A DNA stretch of 63,175 bases, filler included, from Nemertoderma westbladi (lineage: Eukaryota > Animalia > Xenacoelomorpha), in assembly GCA_032718475.1 (NCBI GenBank). It is 4 parts of 4 records of this genome, joined end to end, with 100 filler letters (N's around TTAATTAATTAA, not from the genome) between each part and the next. Parts side by side here need not be neighbours in the genome. Positions count along the whole stretch, not along the records: positions 1 to 17,824 come from JAUCBJ010006480.1; positions 17,925 to 48,641 come from JAUCBJ010006409.1; 2 more parts are not named here. The stretch is one strand, 5' to 3'. How positions within the stretch are numbered: the stretch's first letter is position 1; each line of letters starts with the position of its first letter. Below the pieces are notes generated by a model, which saw only the letters and a program-made list of their open reading frames with translations, was not told where the DNA came from and made no database searches. Of the stretch, positions 12,365-22,838 are shown one piece after another. The position numbers and the translations under genes are program-made.

Positions 12365-12817
12365 TTGATCTCAATTGCTGCAAAGCTATACAATATAATT
12401 CTATCAAATCGCATCAGGGATCCCATTGAGAGACTGCTCCGTGGAAATCAGAATGGGTTCCGTAAAGGTAGTGGGACCATGGAGCCCATTTTGTCACTTA
12501 GAAGGATAATTGAAGAGTTATCAAAAAAGAAAGACAGGCATGTTATCTTTGTTGACTTTATCTAGGCCTTTGATTCAGTCTCTCGCTCACGTTATGTTCA
12601 GTATATGTTCATTATATGGGATTCCTGATGAAATTATTGCAGCAATCAGATCAGTATACAATGGTTCGACAACATTTGTGTCTACTGTTGATGGTGACAC
12701 AAAACCATTTGAAGCATTGTGGAGAGTCCTCCAAGGAGACACACTTGCGCCATTCTTGTTCATAATTGTGGTTGACTATGTTCTACGCATGTCCTTCGAT
12801 GATGATTTGATAATGAT
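12365..12817 (+). mobile_element. Degenerate RTE family 1 RT fragment
   Basis: ISIAAKLYN...QNGFRKG...VLQGDTLAPFLFIIVVDYVLRMS matches the 15900-17510 protein; has a stop and a frameshift; cut by an LTR at 12818. Confidence 0.93.
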
Positions 12818-13339
12818 TGTGACGGGATCCGAGAGGATCCCGGTTTATCCGGTGTTGTTTCGTACGCGTCAGCCGCACCGTGTGATAGAAAAGGAGTTTG
12901 TTGTTCCAGTATAGATATAATGTAGATATATAGATATGTAGGTATGATAACAGATAGCGCCAATGACTGAATAGATGACCGGTAATATGGGTGACGGCGG
13001 TGACGGTCTTGACTGTCACCGTACTACCTGACTGTACTGGGATAACTACTACAATGACATGATGACAGGTAATATATACTGCACGGGTTGGCCTCATTGC
13101 ATTACCCAGTCGATGCTTCCCCCCTGATTGGCTAATATCCCTGTTGGCGCCCTTTGGAGTGTTCCCGTTCACTCCAGCTATTCTCCCTCTGTTAGGGGTT
13201 TGGCCCCTGACCCTTATTGTGTGTTTCTCCTTCCCATTTTGTTGGGGTGACACGAGTTATTGGTTACCCAATCTCGTGGCCCCCAATATTGCTTAACGCT
13301 TGACTTTATGGGGTGTTAGCGGAATTGGATAAGCTAACA
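12818..13339 (-). mobile_element. 3' LTR (522 bp) of a minus-strand LTR element
   Basis: Minus strand starts TGTTAGC immediately after the polypurine tract gggggggag (13340-13348) and ends CCCGTCACA at the junction with the RTE fragment. Confidence 0.8.
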
Positions 13340-13559
13340 CTCCCCCCCATGCTATCTTCCCGGTAAGAAGATAGCATCCAACTAAAGTGCGCTACAATTC
13401 CGCTGGATCCCGATCTAGTATCGGGTGTGGGGTGGGTCTGTTTTCTTTCGGAGCCGGCTTTCCAGGCCGCTCCCTATGGGTATGATGTCACTACGCTCTG
13501 GCGCCTCGTGTCGGGCCGATCGTGCACTTCTCTCACACAATTTTTGTTTCCCCGGCACT

Positions 13560-14850
13560 CTCACCACTCTAGCTCCGCTCTCTAACTCAACTCCCCAGTC
13601 TTACTCTCTCCCCACACCTGAATCGCACTCTAACTTCTCTCCATACACCTCTCACTATCTCCTCTCTACCACTCTCTAAGGCCCTAATCTCTAATGCTAC
13701 CCCTGTGCTATCATACTATCTACCTACTACTTACTTGCTAACTATCTAACTATCTTACTTTCTACTAACTCTCCGACTCTAACTAGCTCTACTAAGTCTA
13801 ACTAACTCCTACTAACTCTCTACTTCTACTAACTCTACTTCACTCCTCTAAGTCTACCAACTCTCTAGCCCTTTAACTAGAACTCCCTAACTCTACCCAC
13901 TCTTCTAACTACGTGGCGCTTGCGGTGTCCACAACCCCTTTACTACTACTTCCTTCTACTATTCTACTCTCTGGCACCCTATGTGCCCTCTCTACTACCT
14001 CTAACACCCTAACTCTACTACCTGGCACCCTATGTGCCCGTCTCTACTATTCTACTCTCTGGCACCCTATGTGCCCTCTCTGCTACCTCTAACACCCTAA
14101 CTCTACTACCTGGCACCCTATGTGCCCTCTCTACTACTCTACTCTATCTCTATCTTACTTCCTTTACATCTACTCTCCTGCACGTGAAGCTCTGAATGCC
14201 GGCAGAGTGGGTACGTTAATTATGTGAACTACTACTAACTCTTACTAACTCTACTACTAACTCTCTACTAACTCTCTACTAACTCAACTACTAACTCTTT
14301 TTGTGCCCGGCACCTCTTGTGCCCGGCACCCACCCTAATTAACATACCCTGCTCTTACATCAAACACGTCATCACACCCGTGCCCCACTAAGTTCAACGC
14401 ATCCCCTACTAACTCTAACTACATGGAGCTTGCGGTGCCCACAACCCTCTACTGCTACTACTTTCTTTCTAACTAACGGTATTACGTACCCTCTTACTAA
14501 CCTAACTAACGGTACTACGTACCCTCTAACTAACTTCTCTAGCACTCCCTGCTAACGGTACTACGTACCCTCTCACTAACTCTAACTCCACTAACTAACG
14601 GTACTACGTACCCTCTTACTACTCTCTGACTAACGGTACTACGTACCCTCTTACTCTTACTCTCTAACTCTACTCTTACTAACCGGTACTACGTACCCTC
14701 TTACTAACTCCTCTAACTCTACTCTTACTAACCGGTACTACGTACCCTCTTACTAACCTCTAACTCTACTAACCACCGGTACTACGTACCTCCAAACTAA
14801 CTAACTAACTAACGGTACTACTCTCTTACTACCTAACTTCTACCTACTTT
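13560..14850 (-). repeat. Strand-skewed low-complexity region with repeated small hairpins inside the LTR element
   Basis: Plus strand nearly G-free (actaac/ctctact) except 4x ggcac-cctat-gtgcc (13970-14130) and 8x ggtac-tac-gtacc (14473-14792). Confidence 0.9.
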
Positions 14851-14897
14851 ATTATTTTATTATTTTATTATTTTTAATTAAATAATTATTTTATATT

Positions 14898-15800
14898 TTA
14901 TGCTTGGGAAGGGTGTCTCGCCCTCATTCCCACCCCCTCAGTCCAAAACTTTGGACGACTAAAAACTTTCTGGTGCCCCTTCTTCCAGTAGGCACTCTCC
15001 CACTGCCCTCCTATACATCCTCTAACTCTTCGCCACACTCTCTTCGATACTACCTCTGCTGGCCTCCCCCTTCGTATGTGCGCTGGTATTAAAGGCCTCG
15101 ACGACCCCCGCTTGTCCCTCGGTATACACGACGTCTGCCCATGTAATGCCCCCTCGCACTGTGTCAGTCCTGCGTGCGTATGCAACACGCCTCCTTCTAC
15201 TTTCCCGACTCCTTTATATTTGCTCATGGGCTTCTCTGCCCCTGGTCTAGTCCTTTCACATCCTCTCCCTTTCCAACACTCTCCGGATCTGTGTCCTTTT
15301 ACCACACATTGATGACATAGTCCGTTTGCGTCTGTGTAGGCTACACGATCTCGTTTGGGCAACGCTTGCCAGTACTTGCAACTCCTGGTCTTATGGGTTC
15401 CGTCTCGATGTAATTGACATTGGAATCCTGGATTATAGCGTTTCCTGTATAGTCCTTCACGTATCGCGCTCAGGTTTATATGTACCGATTTAATGTTTCG
15501 ATTGTCTAGACTCGGCCTACTGGGTATATTGGGATTATGTTTATTTTTGGTGTTATTTTCTTCCTGTCCCTGCCACGGTGTGGCCCTGCTACCAGCTAAC
15601 TGTGGACTAGCAGTCCCCTGTACGGCCGCGTGTGGTGGTGACTGTCCGCACGACCTGTTCTCGTCCAGGGAGTTCGATGTTCTTGCTCCTATCGGGGTAT
15701 ATTGTCGATATTGTGATGGGGGAATGTCACCCTGTCCCCCCCCCCCCCCCCCGGCCTGTATGTTTGGTACTGGGGTTGATGTTAATACATTGGGGCCCAT
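14898..15800 (-). CDS. BEL/Pao-like gag remnant with Cys/His zinc-knuckle cluster; no pol downstream
   Basis: CQLHRDGTHKTRSC-x20-CHQCVVKGHRSGECWKGRGC resembles the BEL/Pao gag knuckle arrangement; same orientation as the PPT/LTR; upstream part interrupted by an RTE 3' end. Confidence 0.65.
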   Translation of the reverse strand: MGPNVLTSTPVPNIQAGGGGGGQGDIPPSQYRQYTPIGARTSNSLDENRSCGQSPPHAAVQGTASPQLAGSRATPWQGQEENNTKNKHNPNIPSRPSLDNRNIKSVHINLSAIREGLYRKRYNPGFQCQLHRDGTHKTRSCKYWQALPKRDRVAYTDANGLCHQCVVKGHRSGECWKGRGCERTRPGAEKPMSKYKGVGKVEGGVLHTHAGLTQCEGALHGQTSCIPRDKRGSSRPLIPAHIRRGRPAEVVSKRVWRRVRGCIGGQWESAYWKKGHQKVFSRPKFWTEGVGMRARHPSQA

Positions 15801-15851
15801 ACGTCTATCTCCAATAACTCCCCCCTCCCCTGGATATATATTATGTCCCCG

Positions 15852-17824
15852 TGTATTATAGTCATACTAGGATCGGCATGCTGCATTGCAGCTGCATTTT
15901 TAAGAATGCTGTGCCGGCTTGTCAACAAAATTGCACCGCCACAACTCCCTATCACCCATGACATTTGCTAGATCATCCGCATCTTTAAGGCCAGTGTCCT
16001 CTAAGATACGTCTCAAGAAAGTCATGGGCTGTCCACCATGCTTATTCACTCCATGAGGCTGCCAAAGTACAAGATTATGCACTGGCTGGTCCTCACGGCG
16101 AAAGCAATGTCCTGCAAAGCGGAGGCGATTTTGTTCTAGTGTCAAGCTTGGGGGAACCAATGAGACACCTCCAATGTTATATAGTGTCTGGTTGGAGATG
16201 TGTGCATTGTACTTGACACAATGTACCCGGCGTAGCATTCTTGTGAATGTGCCATCCAGAGATTTGGTGTCCTCAGCAGTTAGAGCCCAGCATGGACTCC
16301 CGTAGAGGAGTACTGGAACTACTGCTGCTCTAAATAATCGGACCTTAAGTTTCCGATTAATTCTAGGTGACTTCCAAATCCTGGAAAGCCTATTCAAGGC
16401 TGCCCATGCCTTTCCCTTACGTATTCGAAGGTCCTCACCTGACTTCCGGATCCATGATCCCAGGTAACAGAAGTCGTCCACATGCTCAAGCATACCATCC
16501 TTTGAGCTTATGCTCATCCGATCAGAGACTTGCTGAGGACTTTCAAAGTTAACTGTCAGAATTTTGGTCTTTCTGGAGTTAATAAAAAGACCAACACTAG
16601 AAGCAGCATGTTCTAATGAGCTGAGGAGCCGCTGGGCTCCCTCTAATGATTCTGAGAGTACTCCTAAGTCATCAGCAAAGTCTAGATCAGTTAGGTACTT
16701 GGCAGGATTTCCTCGACTTCTGGAGCCAGTAGGTGGAGTTATCATCACCCCATCATCATTATGATGATCTAAGGACATGCGTAGAACATAGTCAACCACA
16801 ATAATGAACAAGAATGGTGCAAGTGTGTCTCCTTGGAGGACGCCCCATAACACTTCAAATGGTTCTGTGTCACCGTCAACAGTAGACACAAATGTTGTCG
16901 AACCATCGTATACTGATCTGATTGCTGCAATAATTTCATCAGGAATCCCATATAATGAAAGTATGCTGAACATACGTGAGCGAGAGACTGAATCAAAGGC
17001 CTTGAAGAAGTCAACAAAGATAACAGCCAGATGCCTGTCTTTCTTTTTTGATAACTCTTCAATTATCCTTCTAAGTGCCAAAATGGGCTCCATGGTCCCA
17101 CGACCTTTACGGAACCCATTCTGATTTCCACGTAGCAGTCTCTCAATGGGATCCCTGATGCGATTTAATAGAATTCTATTGTATAGTTTTGCAGCAATCG
17201 AGATCAATGAGATTCCCCGAAAAGAACCATAGAGTGTTAGGTTGCCCTTCTTGGGAACTGGCACCAACTTATTTGTTTTCATTTCTTGTGGGACTCTTGT
17301 TGTACGGTACATGTCTACTATGATGGGATAGATGAGCTTTAAACACTCAGGTATTTTAAAGACCTCAGGGGGAACACCATCTACTCCACTGGCACGATTG
17401 GTCTTAATGCTCTTTGCAGCAGCCTTCACTTCTGCAAAGGAGATATCGCCAATGGGAATATCTGGGAGTACAGACTCAGACACTTTTACTTCTATAAAGT
17501 TATCAGGCAATACCCTGTCATTATTGAGGAGCTTTTCAAAGTGGGCTTTCCAACCATTGAGGCGATCGGCTGGTGATTCAGCCTTAACCTTGGTGGTTGG
17601 TTGGCTTTTCCGCCCAGTAAGCAGATTGATCGATTTCCATGCCTGGGATGATTGCCTGCTGTCGTCAGCATCATTGATGGCATCAACCTGTTGGTTTATT
17701 AGCTCCTGTAGATTAGCAGAGTACTGCCTGTTCAGGGACCTAGATGCAGCTTTAACTGCATTCTTGGCCGCTGTAGTCTGTTTGAGTCGGGACTCTTTCT
17801 GCGCCTTATGAAGGTCATTTCGGC
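15852..17824 (-). mobile_element. RTE-clade non-LTR retrotransposon family 1, long copy with 3' UTR; runs into the linker
   Basis: 3' UTR tgcagctgcaatgcagcatgccgatcctagta is shared with copies near 25565 and 43235. Confidence 0.95.
15900..17824 (-). CDS. RTE reverse transcriptase ORF, open from the linker to the stop (5' part missing)
   Basis: PVPKKG, FRGISL, QNGFR, FVDFFKAFDSV, GVLQGDTLAPFLF, DLDFADD, FCYLGS, RLRFAGH; the frame stays open upstream of the called TTG start (AWKSINLLTGRK...WKAHFEKLLN). Confidence 0.93.
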
Positions 17825-17924
17825 NNNNNNNNNNNNNNNNNNNNNNNNNNNNNNNNNNNNNNNNNNNNTTAATTAATTAANNNNNNNNNNNNNNNNNNNN
17901 NNNNNNNNNNNNNNNNNNNNNNNN
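17825..17924. other. Artificial contig linker
   Basis: 100 bp of N with a central TTAATTAATTAA (stops in all six frames). Confidence 0.98.
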
Positions 17925-18952
17925 TAACTTCCTTGATATATATTACTGTCTTTTATAGATAGAGCACTGGCTGTCGTATACAGTATCACAACCTACACCG
18001 TCACCAGTCTCATCCTGCAGTCCTGTACATGTAGTCATGTATGTAGGCTATCCTGCCTAGATCCATGTAAATGTAGTAATGTATGTAGGCTATATGCCTA
18101 TATGCTGCAGTACCGGTCACTATCTACCCAGCACCAGCACACAGAACGAACTTAGGTCCTATGAAGTAGATAATAATATATCAAAAGCCTTTTTCATATA
18201 AAAAATTTGTCAAACTATGGGTACCGGTACCTAAGGTGTACCAATGCCGTATTATTTAATTAGAATATTATATTCATCAAAATAAATAACAAAAACTAAC
18301 TTGTATAACAATTTTGATGGAGGGTGTACCTATAACACAGTATAGTACCTATAACCAGTACCTAAGATCATATTATTCCCTCACAATGTATAGTATATAG
18401 CTAGTATACAAACATTAGCTTGTATTATTTAGTTAGAAATGTTAGAAATTGATACAAAATTCACCTCAAATTTGCGATAACTTTGTTACGTTGAACTTCT
18501 AATTCAAAAGTGAATATTTTGAAGAAATCAATATATTTTACAAAAAGAACGAACTTTTTTCGTCGGACTTTATAATCCTTTAATTTGTAAAAGCATTATC
18601 TCGATTCGAAAAACATATGCTTTTACTTTCCTCGAAAATGCGGATTACAGTACAAGGATGGCAAAAATAACTACCAATAACTACTAATAAACCAAAAAGT
18701 CGATTATTATATTAGCAAAATAAAAGTTTATTAAACATTGTAATGCTAAATTTATTACCAACATAATTAATTAAATTAATATTATATTATCCGCATTTTT
18801 TCAAGATTGACTTTATTTTTCGCAATTGCGGACATTAAAGTCTTTATTGTCCGCACTTTTGAGTACAATAAAGGGAATATTTTAAAGAAAATTTAAATTT
18901 ATTATAATTTTCAAAATTTATATATGTTTGTAGGAGTGAAATAAATAATATA

Positions 18953-20575
18953 ATGGCTTCAGATTCATTTGAAAGTGTTGTGTGTCAGGTTACTGATATC
19001 GACGAATGGGGTATGAAGGAAGTTAACGTAGAAGGTAAGATTGTTTTAATAGCAAAACAGGGAGGGAAATTCCACGCGATCGGTGGCAAGTGCACACACT
19101 ACGGTGCGCCTCTGGTGAAGGGAGTGTTGGGAGAGAATGGGAGAATCCGATGTCCGTGGCACGGAGCCGTCTTCGATATATCTACCGGAGACATCGAGGA
19201 CTACCCTGGACTCGATTGTCTACATCGCTACGAGCTGGTCGTCCTGGGCAACGAGTTGGTGCTCCGCGGTTCCAGGAAATACGGCGAGAAACGCGTTCGC
19301 GATGCGGCGACGTTGTCCGGAGAGACGAACAGGGAAACTCTACTGATCTTGGGGGGTGGGGCGGCCGCCGCTGTGTGCGCGGAGACCGTTCGGTACGAAG
19401 GCTACACCGGGCGTGTCGTCATGGCAACAATGGAACACGTACTGCCATATGATAGACCCAAAGTGAGCAAGGCGATGCATCTCACAGACCGAGATTTACA
19501 ACTCCGATTAATGTCGTTTTATTCTTTGCGCGATATTACCGTACTCATGGGTAAAGAGGCAACACATGTTAACTTCAACGAACGTATTGTGAATTTCAGT
19601 GATGGAAGTAAACAAACTTATTCTAAGCTATTCATTGCAACTGGTAGTAAACCTGTGGAACTCGATATCCCTGGAGCTACGCTTGATGGCGTACTGTATC
19701 TCAGGAATCCCACACAAGCCAATCATATAGCGCGGATGAGCTCCAAGAAAAAAGTCGTTGTGATTGGATCATCATTTATAGCCTTAGAAGTGGCTTGTTA
19801 CCTGGCAGATAAAACTGAAAGTGTTTCTTTAGTTTGTAGAGGGGAGGTACCATTTTCATCCAACCTGGGGATCGAAGTTGGTCGTTTGGTGAGGAATATT
19901 ATTACTACAAAATCATCAGTTAATATATTAACAAACACCACTGTTGTTGAGGTAACAGGTAATAGTAGCAACACTGTAGAGTCTGTCGTTTTAAGCAATG
20001 GGGAAGTTTTGCTAGCAGATGTGGTGGTTGTGGGAATTGGTGCTATTCCTTGCACCGGATTTCTTCGCACCGCCACTGGCGAGGGAACAGTGCTCATGGG
20101 CCCCAAAGGCGACGTCCAGGTGGATCGATTCATGTGTACCAGCGTACCGGGGGTGTTTGCAGGCGGGGACATCGTAAGTTTCCCACTCGCTTGTCCTGAT
20201 GCTCCTCATCAGAACAAACTCGTAAACATCGGTCATTGGCAACTCGCCAAGGCCCACGGAAGAGCAGCCGCTCTCAACTTGATCGGCAGAGAGAAACCGC
20301 TCCGCACTGTCCCATTTTTCTGGACTGTATTTCTGGGGCGTTCACTCAGGTTCGCTGGGTACAATGCCCACTACGACAGTATCGTCCTGCACCCGAATCA
20401 GGCAAGCGGAGAAAAGTTTGTCGCATTCTACGGTGTTAATGGGAGGGTTTGCGGTGTGGCGAGTCTAAACTTCGACCCCATTGTTAGCGCTGTGGCTGAA
20501 ATTTTCACGACTGGGAGAACCATCAATATGGATGTTGTAAAAACAGATCCCTGGGGGTTTAAGTCAGTAAAATAG
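18953..20575 (+). CDS. AIFM3: Apoptosis-inducing factor 3-like Rieske [2Fe-2S]/FAD-NADH oxidoreductase, single coding exon
   Basis: Rieske CTH...CPWH; FAD-binding ILGGGAAA; PYDRPKVSK; FIATGS; VVVIGSSFIALE; VFAGGD; VPFFWT reductase tail; acceptor-like tttgtag ending 18933; AATAAA near 20754. Confidence 0.93.
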   Translation: MASDSFESVVCQVTDIDEWGMKEVNVEGKIVLIAKQGGKFHAIGGKCTHYGAPLVKGVLGENGRIRCPWHGAVFDISTGDIEDYPGLDCLHRYELVVLGNELVLRGSRKYGEKRVRDAATLSGETNRETLLILGGGAAAAVCAETVRYEGYTGRVVMATMEHVLPYDRPKVSKAMHLTDRDLQLRLMSFYSLRDITVLMGKEATHVNFNERIVNFSDGSKQTYSKLFIATGSKPVELDIPGATLDGVLYLRNPTQANHIARMSSKKKVVVIGSSFIALEVACYLADKTESVSLVCRGEVPFSSNLGIEVGRLVRNIITTKSSVNILTNTTVVEVTGNSSNTVESVVLSNGEVLLADVVVVGIGAIPCTGFLRTATGEGTVLMGPKGDVQVDRFMCTSVPGVFAGGDIVSFPLACPDAPHQNKLVNIGHWQLAKAHGRAAALNLIGREKPLRTVPFFWTVFLGRSLRFAGYNAHYDSIVLHPNQASGEKFVAFYGVNGRVCGVASLNFDPIVSAVAEIFTTGRTINMDVVKTDPWGFKSVK

Positions 20576-21688
20576 CAAAGGTATAATAGGATGTATGTAG
20601 TATTACCGATAGTATTACTATAGAAAATATTAGATGAGAAAGTTCCAGATGTGATTTAAATATAATTATTTTATTTGGTCCAAATATATAAACTTGTATC
20701 AATATATATTTTTCTACTGTATGTATTCTTTAGTTTATTCTTAAATATTAAATAATAAAAAATTATATATAACCACCATTCATTACCTACAATGAACGTG
20801 AAATTTTTGAAATTTTAAATTAACTAGTGGCCTGCAAGCACGCGGGATGTAAATCTTCTATCTTCAGATTCAATCTATACACCAATTATTGTAGTACTAC
20901 AGTTGTAGGCCTACATTATTACTAAAATTCATTCACCTGTAAATAGTAATAAATTCACATTCGCCCATACCTTGACTGAGAAGGCTATCAGCTGTATAAA
21001 ATATTTAACACACACTAATGCTACAGTAAGGCCTAAGCAAACAGAATGGGTGTACTAAGTACAATAATCTTAACAAATAACCTCACCGATTTATACTAAG
21101 CCTGTGTAGAAATCCATTACATAAACCATTTTTCATCATGACCACCAGCTATTATTGGTGTTATTTTACCATTGCGTCTATGGCACTTTTGTTTATTTCA
21201 AACTAATGCCTGTATTTTTCTGCTTTATACCATTCAGACCATACACTATAGGGGGGTAAAAACAACATAATTGACCGGATAGTTTCGGAGCCTTTTGTGT
21301 GACAAACAGACAAACAAACAGACACGATTTTCTTACAGTATTGAAATCTGATGATTTATATAAAAAAAAATTTTTCACAAATTTTCTTTCATCTTTCATT
21401 TATTGACATTTTCATTATTTTTCCCCGATTAAATATGAAAAATGAAAAAATTACCCTACAGAATTTACTCCTTATTTTTCTCCTTTATTTTTCCCCTATT
21501 TTATTTACCTCCTACTACTTATAAATTTTTCACTCAATATAGTTTTAGTTTTATAAATCATTGCGATTTGGTTGTTCTAGATCCGGTTTTGTAACTGCTA
21601 TTCTTTTGTCTATACTGTATATCTCAAAATATATGATCCGAAAAATATAGTCTGAACGTACTAAAGTCTCACAATGGTAATCACTATA

Positions 21689-22099
21689 CTCACTATAAGG
21701 TTAACCCAAGGAGTTCTAGAACAGAGTATATATTCTAGAATATATAACCAACGACTTCTAGAACATAGTATATATTCTAGAATATAAAACCAAGGACTTC
21801 TAGAACATAGTATATATTCTAGAATATATAACCAAGGACTTCTGGAACATAGTAGATGTTCTAGAATATATAACCAAGGACTTCTAGAGCATAGTGTATA
21901 TTCTAGAATATATAAAATAACCAAGGACTTCTAGAACATAGTATATATTAACATCTATATTATTTTTTTTAATTTAATTATTTTATATATTAATATATAG
22001 TATTTATTCTAGAATATATACTATGTTCTAGAAGTCCTTGGTTATATATTCTAGAATATATACTATGTGTTCTAGAAGTCGTTGGTTAACCGCGGTGAG
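21689..22099. mobile_element. Foldback-like element: inverted arms built from a 42-bp tandem unit
   Basis: About 5.5 units of accaaggacttctagaacatagtatatattctagaatatata (21704-21947), an AT spacer, then about 2 inverted units (22006-22088); ends ctcac..ggttaacc / ggttaacc..gtgag. Confidence 0.75.
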
Positions 22100-22278
22100 A
22101 CAGGCACAATATCGATTGAGACATCTTTTTTAAACGCTTTGTAACTAAAGAATGAAGCTAATGAATAAATATATAAATTCAGACTCCTCGGTAAAAAGCA
22201 GGGAGGCCAATCTAGATCTATCTTTGAAATTTGTTTTGTAACATTTGTAGAGACATTAGGAGAGTTAGTTGAAAAATG

Positions 22279-22838
22279 CGCCCATGTGAAGAGTACAAGG
22301 ATTTCACTTTTCGGTCGACTTTCTATTGGAATTTTATATATGAAGATTTTTTTTTAATTTATCTTTATTAAGTGTTTTATAGCGCTTATTTGGCCCATGT
22401 GAAGAATACCAGACTTTCTGCCGTTATATTTCACTTTGCAGTTACCCCCATGTGAAGAATACCAGGTTTTCACGAAAACCACAGGTTACAGAAGGGCTGA
22501 ATCTAACCAAAACAATAAACGCATTAGTATATGTACAGGTTATAAGACAGAAATAAGCGCTATAAAACACTTAATAAAGATAAATTAAAAAAAATAAAAA
22601 ATCTTCATATATAAAATTCCAATAAAAAGTCGACCGAAAAGTGAAATCCTGGTATTCTTCACATGGGCGGCTTATTTCTGTCTTATAACCTGTACATATA
22701 CTAATTCGTTTATTGTTTTGGTTAGATTCAGCCCTTCTGTAACCTGTGTTTTTTGTGAAAACCTGGTAATCTTCACATGGGGGTAACTGCAAAGTGAAAT
22801 ATAACGGCAGAAAGTTGGTGGTATTCTTCACATGGGCC
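22279..22838. mobile_element. Two nested antiparallel copies of a ~280-bp MITE (inner copy 22392-22669)
   Basis: TIR cccatgtgaagaatacca; inner copy flanked by 8-bp TSD gcttattt (22384-22391, 22670-22677); the outer halves are its reverse complement. Confidence 0.9.

Noticed and set aside
14473-14825. CRISPR-like repeat-spacer array
   Set aside because: Spacers are low-complexity, related to each other and variable in length; kept as a hairpin array instead
17869-17880. TTAATTAATTAA as a biological motif
   Set aside because: Identical insert centred in all three 100-bp N runs; an assembly linker
19090-20439. Alternative-frame and antisense ORFs over AIFM3 (also over SOD1 and the RTE copies)
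   Set aside because: Shadow ORFs of GC-rich coding sequence with no independent motifs
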